From Oligoflexia bacterium (lineage in GTDB: Bacteria; Bdellovibrionota; UBA1018): a stretch of DNA of 64,000 nucleotides. Below the pieces are notes generated by a model that ran no database searches, had not been told where the DNA came from, and saw nothing but the letters and a program-made list of their open reading frames with translations. The number at the start of each line of letters is the position of its first letter. The first letter of the stretch is position 1. The DNA is taken from positions 462 to 64,461 of the forward strand of contig JAYTHP010000141.1 in NCBI GenBank assembly GCA_043732485.1, given 5' to 3'. The position numbers and the translations under genes were made by a program. Shown here piece after piece: positions 39,254-49,544 of this stretch.

Positions 39254-39425
39254 CTCTGGTTAAAAAAAGTTAGCTTTTTGCCCCCTCGCTCAGGTATAAA
39301 ACACCCTAATCGGCTGACTGCGCCGATCCGCCACCTAAACGCCCGAGAGAAACAAAGTAAGGGAGCCAGGCTCAAGCCGCCACCCTCCCCTCCCCCGTTT
39401 TACCCCTGAAGGAGCTTGCCCAAAA

Positions 39426-40412
<987 letters not shown>

Positions 40413-40491
40413 ACATTCGGAGCACCAAGCGAAAGAAGGCGTTTTAGGTCTTTTGCGGTTCCCTAACAACAACGCCCTGTCTTTTTCGTTG

Positions 40492-42801
40492 TTACCACAC
40501 CCGACAACGCTCACGTGGAGCCATCGGGGTTCCTTCTTGACAGTGAAAGCTTTCGGCGAAGGCTTCAAACTGCGAGACGGAGCCATTGACGCGAAAACGC
40601 GGCGGCGAGTGCGGGTCGACTTTGGCCAGCACGCGGGACAAGGCGTCTTGCTTTTTGGTGCACCAACTTTGCGCGAAACTGAGGAAAAACTTCTGGTCTT
40701 CCGTGGGAGGGTGACGGTCGCCGTTGGTTACCGGCTGCAGACTGCCACCCGGTTTTTTTTCCAGTAAGCCAGTGTCAGACTTTGGCTTTTGGGTTTTTTG
40801 GAAAGCTTGATACGCAAGCCTGAGACCGCCTAGATCCGCTAGATTTTCTCCCAACGTCAGCTGCCCATTCAAAAACACTCCCGGCAGCGGCTGAAACTTT
40901 CCATAAAGTTGCACCACGCACTCAGATTTTTTGGCAAAATTTTGGGCCACCTGCGAGCTCCAGCTATCGACCCAGTTGCCAGTTTCGTTAAATCTGCGCC
41001 CCTGATCATCAAAGCCATGGGTCAACTCATGCCCCATCACCATGCCCATGCCGCCATAATTGAAGCTCGGGTCAGCTTGCACATGGAAAAACGGCACCTG
41101 TAAGATCCCTGCCGGGAAGACCATCTTGTTCATCGCTGGATCATAGTAGGCGTTAACGTCAGCCGGGCTCATCTCCCACTCCTCACGGTTGACCGGCTGC
41201 CCAATGCGCCGCAAATGATCCCTGAGGTTAAAGGTGTTGGCAAGAAAGAGGTTATCTAGATAGGAGTGGGGCTCCAGCTTGAGGGCGTCATAGCTTTTCC
41301 ACTCTTGCGGATAACTCACCTGATTGACCACCGCGGCCCGCTTTTTCTCGGCAGCCGCATGGCTGGCGTCATCCATCCAGGCAAGGTGCCGCTGATTGTC
41401 ATCAAAAGCCTGCTCGATCGCCTGAATCATCTCATGCGCCACCCCCCGGGTTTGCTGCGCTCCCGGGGTGGCTTCAATGTAAGCGCGACCCACCGCAAAC
41501 GGCAAATGCTCTTGCACGGCACCCACGCAGCGCTTCCAACGCACTTCCATCTTCTTTTGTCCGGTAAAAGCCTGGGATTGAAAGTTAAACTGAGTGTCTA
41601 AAAAAGCCTGCGGCAAGGCCGGAAGCGCCACCAGCAAAACCTGCCACTCCAAGTAACTCTTAATGTCTTGCGCAGAAAGCACGACCAGCAGCTTTTGTAA
41701 TCCACTAAAAAACTCGGGATGCATGACGTTCACTTTCGGAAACACTCCAACCACCCCCAGCACCCGACGTGCATACTGCTCCCAATTCACGCTTGGCAGC
41801 CACTCCTGCAAACGCGCCTGATCGACCGGGTGATAAATCTTTTCTAGCTCCCGGCGCTCCGTACGCGACATCGACAGTTGCGCCAACTGGGTTTCTACCC
41901 GCCAGATGCGATCTGCCGTCTCCTCAGGAGCCGCAGCGCCTAAGAGCGTGAATAACTGAGTCATCCACTTTTTAGCAAGCCCCTGGATCTCGCGAATCTT
42001 CGGGTCGTTGCTGTTTAAAGCATAATAATCGCGGTCCGGGAGACTGAGCCCTCCTTGATCCAAGCCAGCAATCATCTGGGTGGCATCCTTCATGTCTTGC
42101 TGCTCCCCCACGTTAAAAAATGCAAAAACCCCCCGTAAGTGCAAGTCCGCAAGTACCCGAGTAAAAGACTCAGCAAAATGCGTTCGCTCAGTCCAGTCCA
42201 CCGCTTGAATAGCGGCAAATTGCTCTAACACGGGGGCAATGCCACGCTTTTCAATCAAGGAAGCATCCATGCAAGAGGTATAAAAGGTCTTAATTTTTTG
42301 TAAATGCGTCGACGAAGCCGCCTGAGGGGAGTGGTTTGCGGTCAAAAGGTCGCGCAGCTTTTCCTTGGTGTTTTGCCGCAACTGCATGAAACTGCGGTCC
42401 CAAGAGGCCAGGTCTGAGGGGATTTCCTCTTTGGCAAGCCATCCACCACAAGCGTGCTGATAAAAATCATCGCAAGCAGAGACCTGAGGATCCAGCACAG
42501 ACTCATCAATCCCCCACGAAAAAGCGTTAATTCCTTCTCCGCCGCCTCGCTTCTTCTCCCCACCTTGCGCCTCCTCGTGGTGCCGAGCGTGCGGCGGCGA
42601 CGGCCGCCTGACTCGCTTTCTAGCCCGGCGCCCACCTTGCCTCCCGTGCGTACTCTTTGGTAAGAAGCTTGACTCAATCCCGCTCGGACTCAGCAGGCCA
42701 CCGTCCCCCCAAGCTGGACCCGCAGCAACTAACCCCCCACTCAGCGCAACCCAGCACCAAAACAGCAACCGCATCGCTTGACTCCTCTGACCCTTTTTCA
42801 T
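40492..42801 (-). CDS. M13-family zinc metallopeptidase (neprilysin/PepO-like) with signal peptide and basic N-terminal extension
   Basis: HELTHGFDDQGR (HExxH), ENLADLGG (ExxxD), NAYY motifs in canonical M13 order; signal peptide MRLLFWCWVALSGGLVAAGPAWG from Met ~42774. Confidence 0.85.
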   Translation of the reverse strand: MKKGQRSQAMRLLFWCWVALSGGLVAAGPAWGDGGLLSPSGIESSFLPKSTHGRQGGRRARKRVRRPSPPHARHHEEAQGGEKKRGGGEGINAFSWGIDESVLDPQVSACDDFYQHACGGWLAKEEIPSDLASWDRSFMQLRQNTKEKLRDLLTANHSPQAASSTHLQKIKTFYTSCMDASLIEKRGIAPVLEQFAAIQAVDWTERTHFAESFTRVLADLHLRGVFAFFNVGEQQDMKDATQMIAGLDQGGLSLPDRDYYALNSNDPKIREIQGLAKKWMTQLFTLLGAAAPEETADRIWRVETQLAQLSMSRTERRELEKIYHPVDQARLQEWLPSVNWEQYARRVLGVVGVFPKVNVMHPEFFSGLQKLLVVLSAQDIKSYLEWQVLLVALPALPQAFLDTQFNFQSQAFTGQKKMEVRWKRCVGAVQEHLPFAVGRAYIEATPGAQQTRGVAHEMIQAIEQAFDDNQRHLAWMDDASHAAAEKKRAAVVNQVSYPQEWKSYDALKLEPHSYLDNLFLANTFNLRDHLRRIGQPVNREEWEMSPADVNAYYDPAMNKMVFPAGILQVPFFHVQADPSFNYGGMGMVMGHELTHGFDDQGRRFNETGNWVDSWSSQVAQNFAKKSECVVQLYGKFQPLPGVFLNGQLTLGENLADLGGLRLAYQAFQKTQKPKSDTGLLEKKPGGSLQPVTNGDRHPPTEDQKFFLSFAQSWCTKKQDALSRVLAKVDPHSPPRFRVNGSVSQFEAFAESFHCQEGTPMAPRERCRVW

Positions 42802-43260
42802 TTTAATCCCACCTTCACTCCTTCGAACGCCTGCTTGAAGAGACCCCTCACTCCCGACCCTCCCCTACCGATGATTTGCGAAACAGAACTTTTTAGCTCT
42901 CAAGCCCTATTTGCTTTTTTTTCTCAGCCAAACGCCGCTTTCGGGCGCCCCACCTCTCTCATCCTAGTCGTGAAACTCAGGCATTGCAACCCTTTGCACC
43001 CCCCCCCTCTCCTGAGGGTCGCCACCCCTACCCAGCCACCGCCCCTCCTTCTTCTTTGGGTTGCTTTTTTTGAAACGTTATTGTAATTACTCAGGTGTCT
43101 TGAGCGACTTTTTCGTTAGCCAGCGCAAACCGTGAGGTAGAAACCCTAGGGCGGTTCCCCTCCCTTTGATTTCTACCTTTTGCTCCCCTGAGCTCACAAG
43201 TCCTTGAGGCAAAATTTCCGCGCGGGAGGGTTACCCTTTCCGCCGCTATCCACCTCATGT

Positions 43261-43335
43261 TGGGGTGTAACTCAGCGGGAGAGTGCGTCCTTCACACGGA
43301 CGAAGTCGTAGGTTCAATCCCTATCACCCCAACCA
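43261..43335 (+). tRNA. tRNA-Val (anticodon CAC)
   Basis: cloverleaf folded by hand: acceptor tggggtg/cacccca, D arm actc-agcggga-gagt, anticodon arm cgtcc-ttCACac-ggacg, T arm gtagg-ttcaatc-cctat, encoded CCA. Confidence 0.85.
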
Positions 43336-43519
43336 TTTTTTTTAGCGTGCCTTCCTTTTTTTTGTTCCTCAGCACCCCACCCTCCCTCGCCTCAATCCCC
43401 CAGTCACCCCACCCCTCTCGCAGCAAAGTGCCTTTAACCGTTGCCGTCTAAGTATTGGGTCTGTAAAAAAATTACTCAATTCATCTTCCCTTTTCCCGCG
43501 AAGTTCCTTAAAATCTGAT

Positions 43520-44209
43520 TTGATTAAATCTAAACCCCACTTTGCAGAAAGGAACCCTGCGTTTATGAATTTCAAACTCCCTGCCAACTTGCTGAGCGCT
43601 GAAAATGCCCTCCGCCAGCGCACCTCAGTGCAACACTTTGACCCCAAGCGTCCGCTTTCCGATGCAGTCATTCAAGACTTAGTGGGTTACGCCATTGAAG
43701 CTCCCTCGTCTTTTAATATCCAACACTGGCGTTTTTTGGCCATCCGTGAGGCTGCTGCCAAGGAAAAGCTCAAAGGACTGGCCTATGGTCAACAAAAAGT
43801 GGCTGATGCCGCCGTCAACTTTTTGATTCTAGGCGACCTGAAAGGCCACGAGCTGTTAGCCGATGCCTACGCGCCTTTAGTGAAAGCCGGCGCCATGGAT
43901 GACAAAGCGCTAGGCGGACTTTTGGGGATGGCCAATCAAAGCTATGCCAACCAAGCACAGCCCTCCCGTGACGAAGCGATTCGCTCAGGTTCTTTGGCAG
44001 CAATGAATTTGATGACGGCTGCGCAAGCCATGGGTCTGGTCAGCGCGCCGATGATTGGCTTTGATCCAGCAGGCGTTAAAAAAGCCTTTTCGATCCCGGA
44101 GCAGCTGTTGCCGGTGATTTTAATTGCGGTAGGTTACCCTGCGCCCGGCAACTGGCCTAAAAAACCCCGCTTCCCCGTCTCCCAAGTGCTGAAATTTGAA
44201 ACCTGGTAA
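43520..44209 (+). CDS. nitroreductase family protein (NAD(P)H-dependent, FMN); probable start at Met 43565
   Basis: SSFNIQHWRFLAIRE and downstream nitroreductase-fold blocks; ~215 aa. Confidence 0.75.
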   Translation: MIKSKPHFAERNPAFMNFKLPANLLSAENALRQRTSVQHFDPKRPLSDAVIQDLVGYAIEAPSSFNIQHWRFLAIREAAAKEKLKGLAYGQQKVADAAVNFLILGDLKGHELLADAYAPLVKAGAMDDKALGGLLGMANQSYANQAQPSRDEAIRSGSLAAMNLMTAAQAMGLVSAPMIGFDPAGVKKAFSIPEQLLPVILIAVGYPAPGNWPKKPRFPVSQVLKFETW

Positions 44210-44223
44210 GAGTCCTGCGTCCT

Positions 44224-44251
44224 CAAGCCTGAGTCAAGCCTGACTCAGGCT
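44224..44251. terminator. bidirectional hairpin between convergent genes (12-bp stem aagcctgagtca / tgactcaggctt, 4-nt loop)
   Basis: perfect palindrome read directly; lies between stop of nitroreductase (+) and stop of 44293-45174 (-). Confidence 0.55.
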
Positions 44252-44292
44252 TGACTTGGACTCATCAGGCCTCACCCCCCAACAACGTGAGG

Positions 44293-45174
44293 CTAGGGGG
44301 GCAGCAGAATATTAAAACCGACGGAGATTGCCGGTGCAAGCGAAAGCTGGTTTTTTAAGATAACGCCTGAGGTGTAGGAAATAACGTTTTCCTGATACAG
44401 CATAAAGCGAACATCAGCCTTCAATGCGAGCCAAGAGGTCAAATAAAACTGCTCTCCTAACCCCGGCCAAAACGCCACCGTGCCGTATTTCGCAGAAACG
44501 CTAGGCGCTCCCGAGGAGTAGTTTAACAGCCCGGCGCCACCTAATAAAAAGAAGTCAAAATAGATAACGGAAGCCCCAAAAATACTGAGTTTACCATAGA
44601 GCAGACTCAGCGAAACTTCGCCTCCTAGCAGCGAGCTCATCTGGTTGGTGTCCGAATGCACGGTCGCCGCCAAGTTAGTTTCTGACTGATTATAGTTGCT
44701 GTTCATCGCCCAGTAGAGACTGTGAAAGCCAATGATTTCATTAAGATAAAAACCCAAGGACCCTCCAAAAACCGTGTAATTCAAGAAGGGATCAGCGCTA
44801 AAAGTCGAGTAAAAGCCGTCAATGGAGACCTTTAAACTCTTCGTGAATTTACGAAACTGCACCACTTGTGGATCCAAGCCTGCGCCTGGAATCCAGTACT
44901 TTTTCTTCAAACTATCCACTCCCACCCTTTTACCGGCAGACCCAGGGGTTTGTGATGTCGCCGAGTTTGCAGCAGGGGTCGAGGCGCCCGCACTCGCCTC
45001 AGGTGCGCCCGACTCACCTAACCCTGCGGCAGCTGCGGTCCTGGGGATCACTTGGTCAAAGCCAAGCGCCAAGACGCTAAAGCCGAGACAAGCAAGCAGG
45101 CTTGAACATCGCTTACCCATAAGGGTTGATTTCTTGTTTGCATGACTCTGAGAATGCAATAAAATTTTCTTCAT
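44293..45174 (-). CDS. secreted outer-membrane beta-barrel-like protein (hypothetical)
   Basis: N-terminal signal peptide; C-terminal alternating aromatic/hydrophobic pattern ending ...ISVGFNILLPP; no specific family recognised. Confidence 0.5.
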   Translation of the reverse strand: MKKILLHSQSHANKKSTLMGKRCSSLLACLGFSVLALGFDQVIPRTAAAAGLGESGAPEASAGASTPAANSATSQTPGSAGKRVGVDSLKKKYWIPGAGLDPQVVQFRKFTKSLKVSIDGFYSTFSADPFLNYTVFGGSLGFYLNEIIGFHSLYWAMNSNYNQSETNLAATVHSDTNQMSSLLGGEVSLSLLYGKLSIFGASVIYFDFFLLGGAGLLNYSSGAPSVSAKYGTVAFWPGLGEQFYLTSWLALKADVRFMLYQENVISYTSGVILKNQLSLAPAISVGFNILLPP

Positions 45175-45246
45175 ACTTTTATGTTAACACTTTAGGTCAA
45201 TTTAAAAAGAGATTTTTTAATTTATTATTGGTTTTTAAAAAAAATA

Positions 45247-46044
45247 TTGCTACACTTTAAGTCGATGGCAAGCGATAAAAAAATTTACTTGAGTAAAAAT
45301 CAAAAAGTCTTTGGTCCCCTCAGCGCAGAAGACCTGGAAAGTCTGCGCATCAAAGATCAGTTAGGTAACTTCGATTGGATCTGGCGGGACCCAGCTCAGG
45401 GTTGGCGCATGGTCAATCAACCTCCAGCCCCACCGGTGCTGGACGCCACCCACTCGGAAATCCCAGATCTGAGCTTGGCTCCTGCCGTCCATGAGCCATC
45501 GGTCCACACCACCCATTCGCGCGCGCATGACCAGGTCCCTAACCGTGACCTTGACCAGGCCGAGAGTCCCTCCCGTTCACAGCAGCAGCCTCCGCCGCTG
45601 CAAACAACAGGGCGCTTGGTGAAGCCACTCCAGTCAACTCAGCTTAAGCGCGACCTCAGTGGGTCCTTAGATCACTTTGATCCAGGCAGCCTGAGTCATC
45701 TTGAGCACTCAAAGTCTGGTAAAACGAGCAGCCGTTTGCATCCCAGCCGCGAGCTGGACCCTGAGACCGTGGTTGCGGTGGGGCATAACCATAAAGTGGT
45801 GATCTCGGCGGTGCTCACGGAAATCAATCGCGAAGGCTTCACCCTCTCGCACGTTAGCCCCTCGTCCCAATCCAGACCCTGTTTACACAGCAATGACCTC
45901 ATTTTTCTCAATCTCCTTAATCCGCACTCTGGCAAGAGCCAAAACATTGAAGCCCGCGTATCAGGGGCGTTCAAGAACCAGGGATTTTGGGAATACCGGG
46001 TGCATTGGAAAAACTCACCCGAGCTGGTCAAGCAACTGGCGTAA
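45247..46044 (+). CDS. hypothetical protein with N-terminal GYF-like/DUF4339-like module
   Basis: YLSKNQKVFGPLSAEDLESL...WIWRDPAQGWRMV resembles the GPxxxxxL...W pattern of DUF4339; remainder Ser/Pro-rich. Confidence 0.45.
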   Translation: MLHFKSMASDKKIYLSKNQKVFGPLSAEDLESLRIKDQLGNFDWIWRDPAQGWRMVNQPPAPPVLDATHSEIPDLSLAPAVHEPSVHTTHSRAHDQVPNRDLDQAESPSRSQQQPPPLQTTGRLVKPLQSTQLKRDLSGSLDHFDPGSLSHLEHSKSGKTSSRLHPSRELDPETVVAVGHNHKVVISAVLTEINREGFTLSHVSPSSQSRPCLHSNDLIFLNLLNPHSGKSQNIEARVSGAFKNQGFWEYRVHWKNSPELVKQLA

Positions 46045-46239
46045 GTGCGGGCTTTGCTACAAGGACCGAAAAAAATCTTTTTTTTTGAAAAATGGGTGCG
46101 CAGCCTGAGTCGTTTCACCCCTTTGCACGGTTACGGTGGTTGTTATTTTTATCGCCAGCTGCCCCACCACCACCACCCCGAGATGGCCTCAAACTCCCTC
46201 GTGAGCAAGCGGAAGCTTATGGATAGTAGGCCGAGTTTG

Positions 46240-46315
46240 TCAGTGATCACCACCAAGTGCTGAAATCTAATGCTTTGGCCGGAAGCAAGAGTGCAATTTT
46301 TTAATCTTTTATTTT
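46240..46315. repeat. ~75-bp dispersed repeat, copy A (cagtgatcaccaccaagtgctgaaatctaatgctttggccggaagcaagagtgcaattttttaatcttttatt)
   Basis: ~85% identical to 47659-47733; both in non-coding DNA. Confidence 0.7.
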
Positions 46316-46559
46316 GAGATTGTTGCCTTGCAAGACCACCCGTAAGGGTCACCGCAGGTTTAAAGGGGCGGAGGACTTCAAGACACAAAAGACCCCGCCG
46401 TCTCGTGAAGAGTGCTCTTGCGAGGGTAGCTGAGGGTAAGGCAGTCATTTGCGCAACGCTGTAAAGGCAACAGAAACCTTCGGTTCCAGGCAGAACGGGA
46501 GTCCGCTGATGAGCGGTCTCTGAAATCATTATTAAAAATACACCTGACATCCTGCCGGC

Positions 46560-47149
46560 GCAGCTTCTCTGAGCTGCCTTTGAAGCTCAGGACTAATCAT
46601 ATTTTTTTCTAAGAATACATAAGTGAGCTTACTTCGAGGATTTTCCCGTAGCGCTTCGATCAGCGAAGTTGCACCCTTGTCTCCGAGACCATTGCGCTGC
46701 AGATGCAAAAGGGTGAAGTTGGGGAGATGGGGGAGCTGAGCTGCCAGCGATGCTGCTCCATCGTCTCCTAATCGATTGCCTATAAAATTCAGAGAAGTGA
46801 GGGCATTTTAGGTTAGGAGCTGCGGCGCCAGCGATGCTACTCCCGCCGCTCCTAACCTAAAATGCCTTAAATTCAATTCAATGGCTTGCGCCTGTAGTCG
46901 GTGGAGCAGTGCCCAATCACCGTCTTGCCATCCTCCATCGTGCTCGAACCCAAAGGAGAAGCGATTAAACTCTCTAGCGACGTTACTTATCAGAAACGTT
47001 CTCATTTCCGCAACATCTCTAAATCGCAGTTTGAGGGCGTCGGATAAATAGCTTAGCTTATGGCGTCGTCTCGGTCTCAGTAGGGCGTATCGCTCTAAAA
47101 ACTGCGGGTCAGTCATTTCCCGAACCTCACTCAGCGAGTCTTGCCTCAC
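46560..47149 (-). pseudogene. small RNI-type LRR gene disrupted near a hairpin-forming inverted duplication (N-terminal ORF 46808-47149 plus out-of-frame LRR fragments 46560-46800)
   Basis: minus-strand translation of 46600-46800 gives NRLGDDGAASLAAQLPHLPNFTLLHLQRNGLGDKGATSLIEALRENPRSKLTYVFL; ORF 46808-47149 ends ...LRHFRLGAAGVASLAPQLLT immediately before the inverted repeat. Confidence 0.45.
46802..46866. repeat. perfect 19-bp inverted repeat (ggcattttaggttaggagc / gctcctaacctaaaatgcc) around a 27-nt loop that duplicates adjacent LRR-coding sequence
   Basis: read directly from sequence. Confidence 0.85.
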
Positions 47150-47658
47150 CCTTCAAGTCCTATAAGCTGCAGCACTTGCTAGAAGATCGAAAAACTCGCT
47201 TGAGCAAAAAGTCAGCCCCACCAAAAACGACGGATCCAACGAAAATCGAGCAGCCTGCGATACCGCCTCCGTGAACTTAACCACGCGTAAAGCCTCCTTC
47301 GTCTCCTCCTTCTTCTCCTCCTTCTTCGTCAAATCTCTGACACCTGCTGACGGCCCCTGATGATTTGCAGGATGCACGGGATGGTTTCCACTCCTTCGGC
47401 CTGCGCAAGAGGATCGGAGGGGGCCGTTACCGCAAGCGCGGCTCTTTCTGAGGGCAGAGAGAAGTAAGCGGGGGCAGGGCTCTCTTTTTGTCAGTAAGCA
47501 TAGATTTCCATCTTGTCCTCTCAATGATCTACGCACTACTTAAATGAGTGGGCTCGTCAACCCCACCTCAACCCAACCCGTTACGTTCCGCATCACACCT
47601 GCTTTGAGTGCACAAGCTCGCGCATGGGGAGCATAAAGGTGGCGTGCGCGATCCTAGG

Positions 47659-47733
47659 TCAGTGATCATCACAAAGCGCTGCAATCTGACCCTTTGGCCG
47701 GAAGCAATCGTGCAATTTTTTAATCTTTTATTA
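47659..47733. repeat. ~75-bp dispersed repeat, copy B
   Basis: tcagtgatcatcacaaagcgctgcaatctgaccctttggccggaagcaatcgtgcaattttttaatcttttatt; paralogous to 46240-46315. Confidence 0.7.
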
Positions 47734-48071
47734 GGGGGTATCAGGGAGAGATCGCTGAGTCTGGACAAGCAGCCCAGACTGGCCGCCATCTGGACGCCCT
47801 CTTGCTCTCACCACGCCCCCTGGTTTTTCGTTCTCTCTGGCATAGTAGAATAAAACCAAACCAGTCCAGTAATCGCCTTGGCGCTCGCTATAGGCTCTTT
47901 TCGCTTATTTTTTTGCCAACTTAAATCTTGTGGACAGCGCTTCTACCTCTGTCCTAGCTGCGATCGCGGCAAAGCGACGAGAGTGGCTGGCGCAACCGCA
48001 CAGCCAATTTTGCCGTGCCTGAGGGTTAAGCGAAGGTGTCCCCAACCCGGCTATCCTACAAGCGCCTGGCT

Positions 48072-49544
48072 TCAAGAATGCGGTGCGGCAGAGACTGGGG
48101 TGACCACCGACGACGACGACGACGGGCTTGGGCAAAAACGGGGATTGAGCAGGAAGGCCTTGCTGGCGTTTTCTAGGAAAAGCTGCAACTGTTCGCGCCG
48201 TTGATTGAGCGCGCGGACGCTTTCTTGGTACCAGGCGTCTTTCACGCTTGCTGAGGCGAAAGAGAAAGAGGTGGCTCCCGCCCCCCGTTGACTCACGCCG
48301 CCCCGCGCGACACGACTCACAACAGGAGTGGGGGTGGGCTTGCTAGGAGCTTTCGCCGAAATCGCTGCCCCGGCGCCAAAGATCCTCGTGTCTACCTGGG
48401 TTTGCAGCTCCCGAAACTCGCTTTCAAGCGCCGCTAATTGCTCAAACCCCGGGCCATAAAATTCCCGCCCCTGCGGACGAGCTGCAGTCAAAGAAGGCCT
48501 TGCGCCATGCGCCTTGATCCACACCAGCCAGGGGCCGGTGTTTTTTTTCACTCCTGAAAGTTTGGCCAACTCAGCCAAAAACTCATTCAAGCTCACCTCA
48601 AACTGCCTTAAGCCTGCTTGTAAACCCGTTAACTCAGCCTGAGCCTCTTGCCTCAGCTTCGCAACCAAGATCGCCTGCTGCCTGGCGTATTCACTGCCTG
48701 AGAGCCCACCCCAGTAGACCGTCTGCTGGTGAAAAACCTTCTTTTCAGCTCCCACCCATGCAGGACGCGGGTTCTTTGGGTCCAAAGCCGTCTGTGGTAA
48801 AAATGCCAAAGCCTTTTGCGCTTCTCCCGACTGCTGATCCGCCTCCACCAAAACGGCATGATACCAGCCGCCCACTCCCAGACTGAGCTCCTTACCGATT
48901 GCAACATGACGGGCAAGCGTCACAACGGCAGTGGTTTCCACCCGCTGCTCGCTTAAGATTTCCCCGGGAAGTCCAATTAAAATGAGCTTTAACGCTACAC
49001 CGTCAGGCAAATTACTGACCACAACCAGCTGCTGTTTTTGCTGCTGCTCAGTTGCATTGCCCCCGGATTGACCACTGACCGCAACACTCAAATGCACCCC
49101 TGCTTGCGCAAACGGCAGGGCTGCCACCTTCGCAAACTCCGCCTGCTGCGCCACCGAAAAACCTGGCAACGGTGCGAGGGCCGCGCCAAAAGATATAAGT
49201 CCTGAGAAGAAGGAGCCCGGAGCCCTTAATTTTTCCCTCAAGGCGCTCAGATCGACGAACTGCCCGGCCTCGAAGACCGCCACCCCGAGCAAAGCGCAAA
49301 CCACGGTCACCCGTAGCACGCGCTTCACGAGATGCTTTCTGGTAAGCCGCCCCACCACCGCGTGGGCCTGCCGCAAGCTTTGCTGGTCGATCATCTCCGT
49401 GCGATCCTCAGTGCGCATGATGGTGCGTTCTTGCAAAAAACTGAGATCGTCGCCAGCCTTCGTTTTTAAGCTCTCCTGCGCGTGAGTAGGCTCGAGCTTC
49501 AGCGTCGTTTGCTTTTTGGCACTCATTTTGCTTTTTTCCCGCAA
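48072..49544 (-). CDS. hypothetical membrane protein (single TM, Ala/Gln-rich, coiled-coil-like), distal gene of motor-like operon
   Basis: 490-aa ORF with TM segment VLRVTVVCALLGVAVF; co-oriented and overlapping with upstream gene. Confidence 0.45.
   Translation of the reverse strand: MREKSKMSAKKQTTLKLEPTHAQESLKTKAGDDLSFLQERTIMRTEDRTEMIDQQSLRQAHAVVGRLTRKHLVKRVLRVTVVCALLGVAVFEAGQFVDLSALREKLRAPGSFFSGLISFGAALAPLPGFSVAQQAEFAKVAALPFAQAGVHLSVAVSGQSGGNATEQQQKQQLVVVSNLPDGVALKLILIGLPGEILSEQRVETTAVVTLARHVAIGKELSLGVGGWYHAVLVEADQQSGEAQKALAFLPQTALDPKNPRPAWVGAEKKVFHQQTVYWGGLSGSEYARQQAILVAKLRQEAQAELTGLQAGLRQFEVSLNEFLAELAKLSGVKKNTGPWLVWIKAHGARPSLTAARPQGREFYGPGFEQLAALESEFRELQTQVDTRIFGAGAAISAKAPSKPTPTPVVSRVARGGVSQRGAGATSFSFASASVKDAWYQESVRALNQRREQLQLFLENASKAFLLNPRFCPSPSSSSSVVTPVSAAPHS

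Noticed and set aside
46495-46535. CUGAUGA...GAAA string resembling a hammerhead ribozyme core (gagtccgctgatgagcggtctctgaaatc)
   Set aside because: The flanking sequence forms only a ccgc/gcgg hairpin around TGATGA. It does not form the three-helix hammerhead junction with a GUC/H cleavage site. I treat it as coincidence.
46149-46550. 133-aa minus-strand ORF and other 60-120-aa ORFs overlapping non-coding repeats
   Set aside because: Composition is not protein-like (W/C/R-rich). The ORF is created by the repeat element and GC-rich background. No start context.
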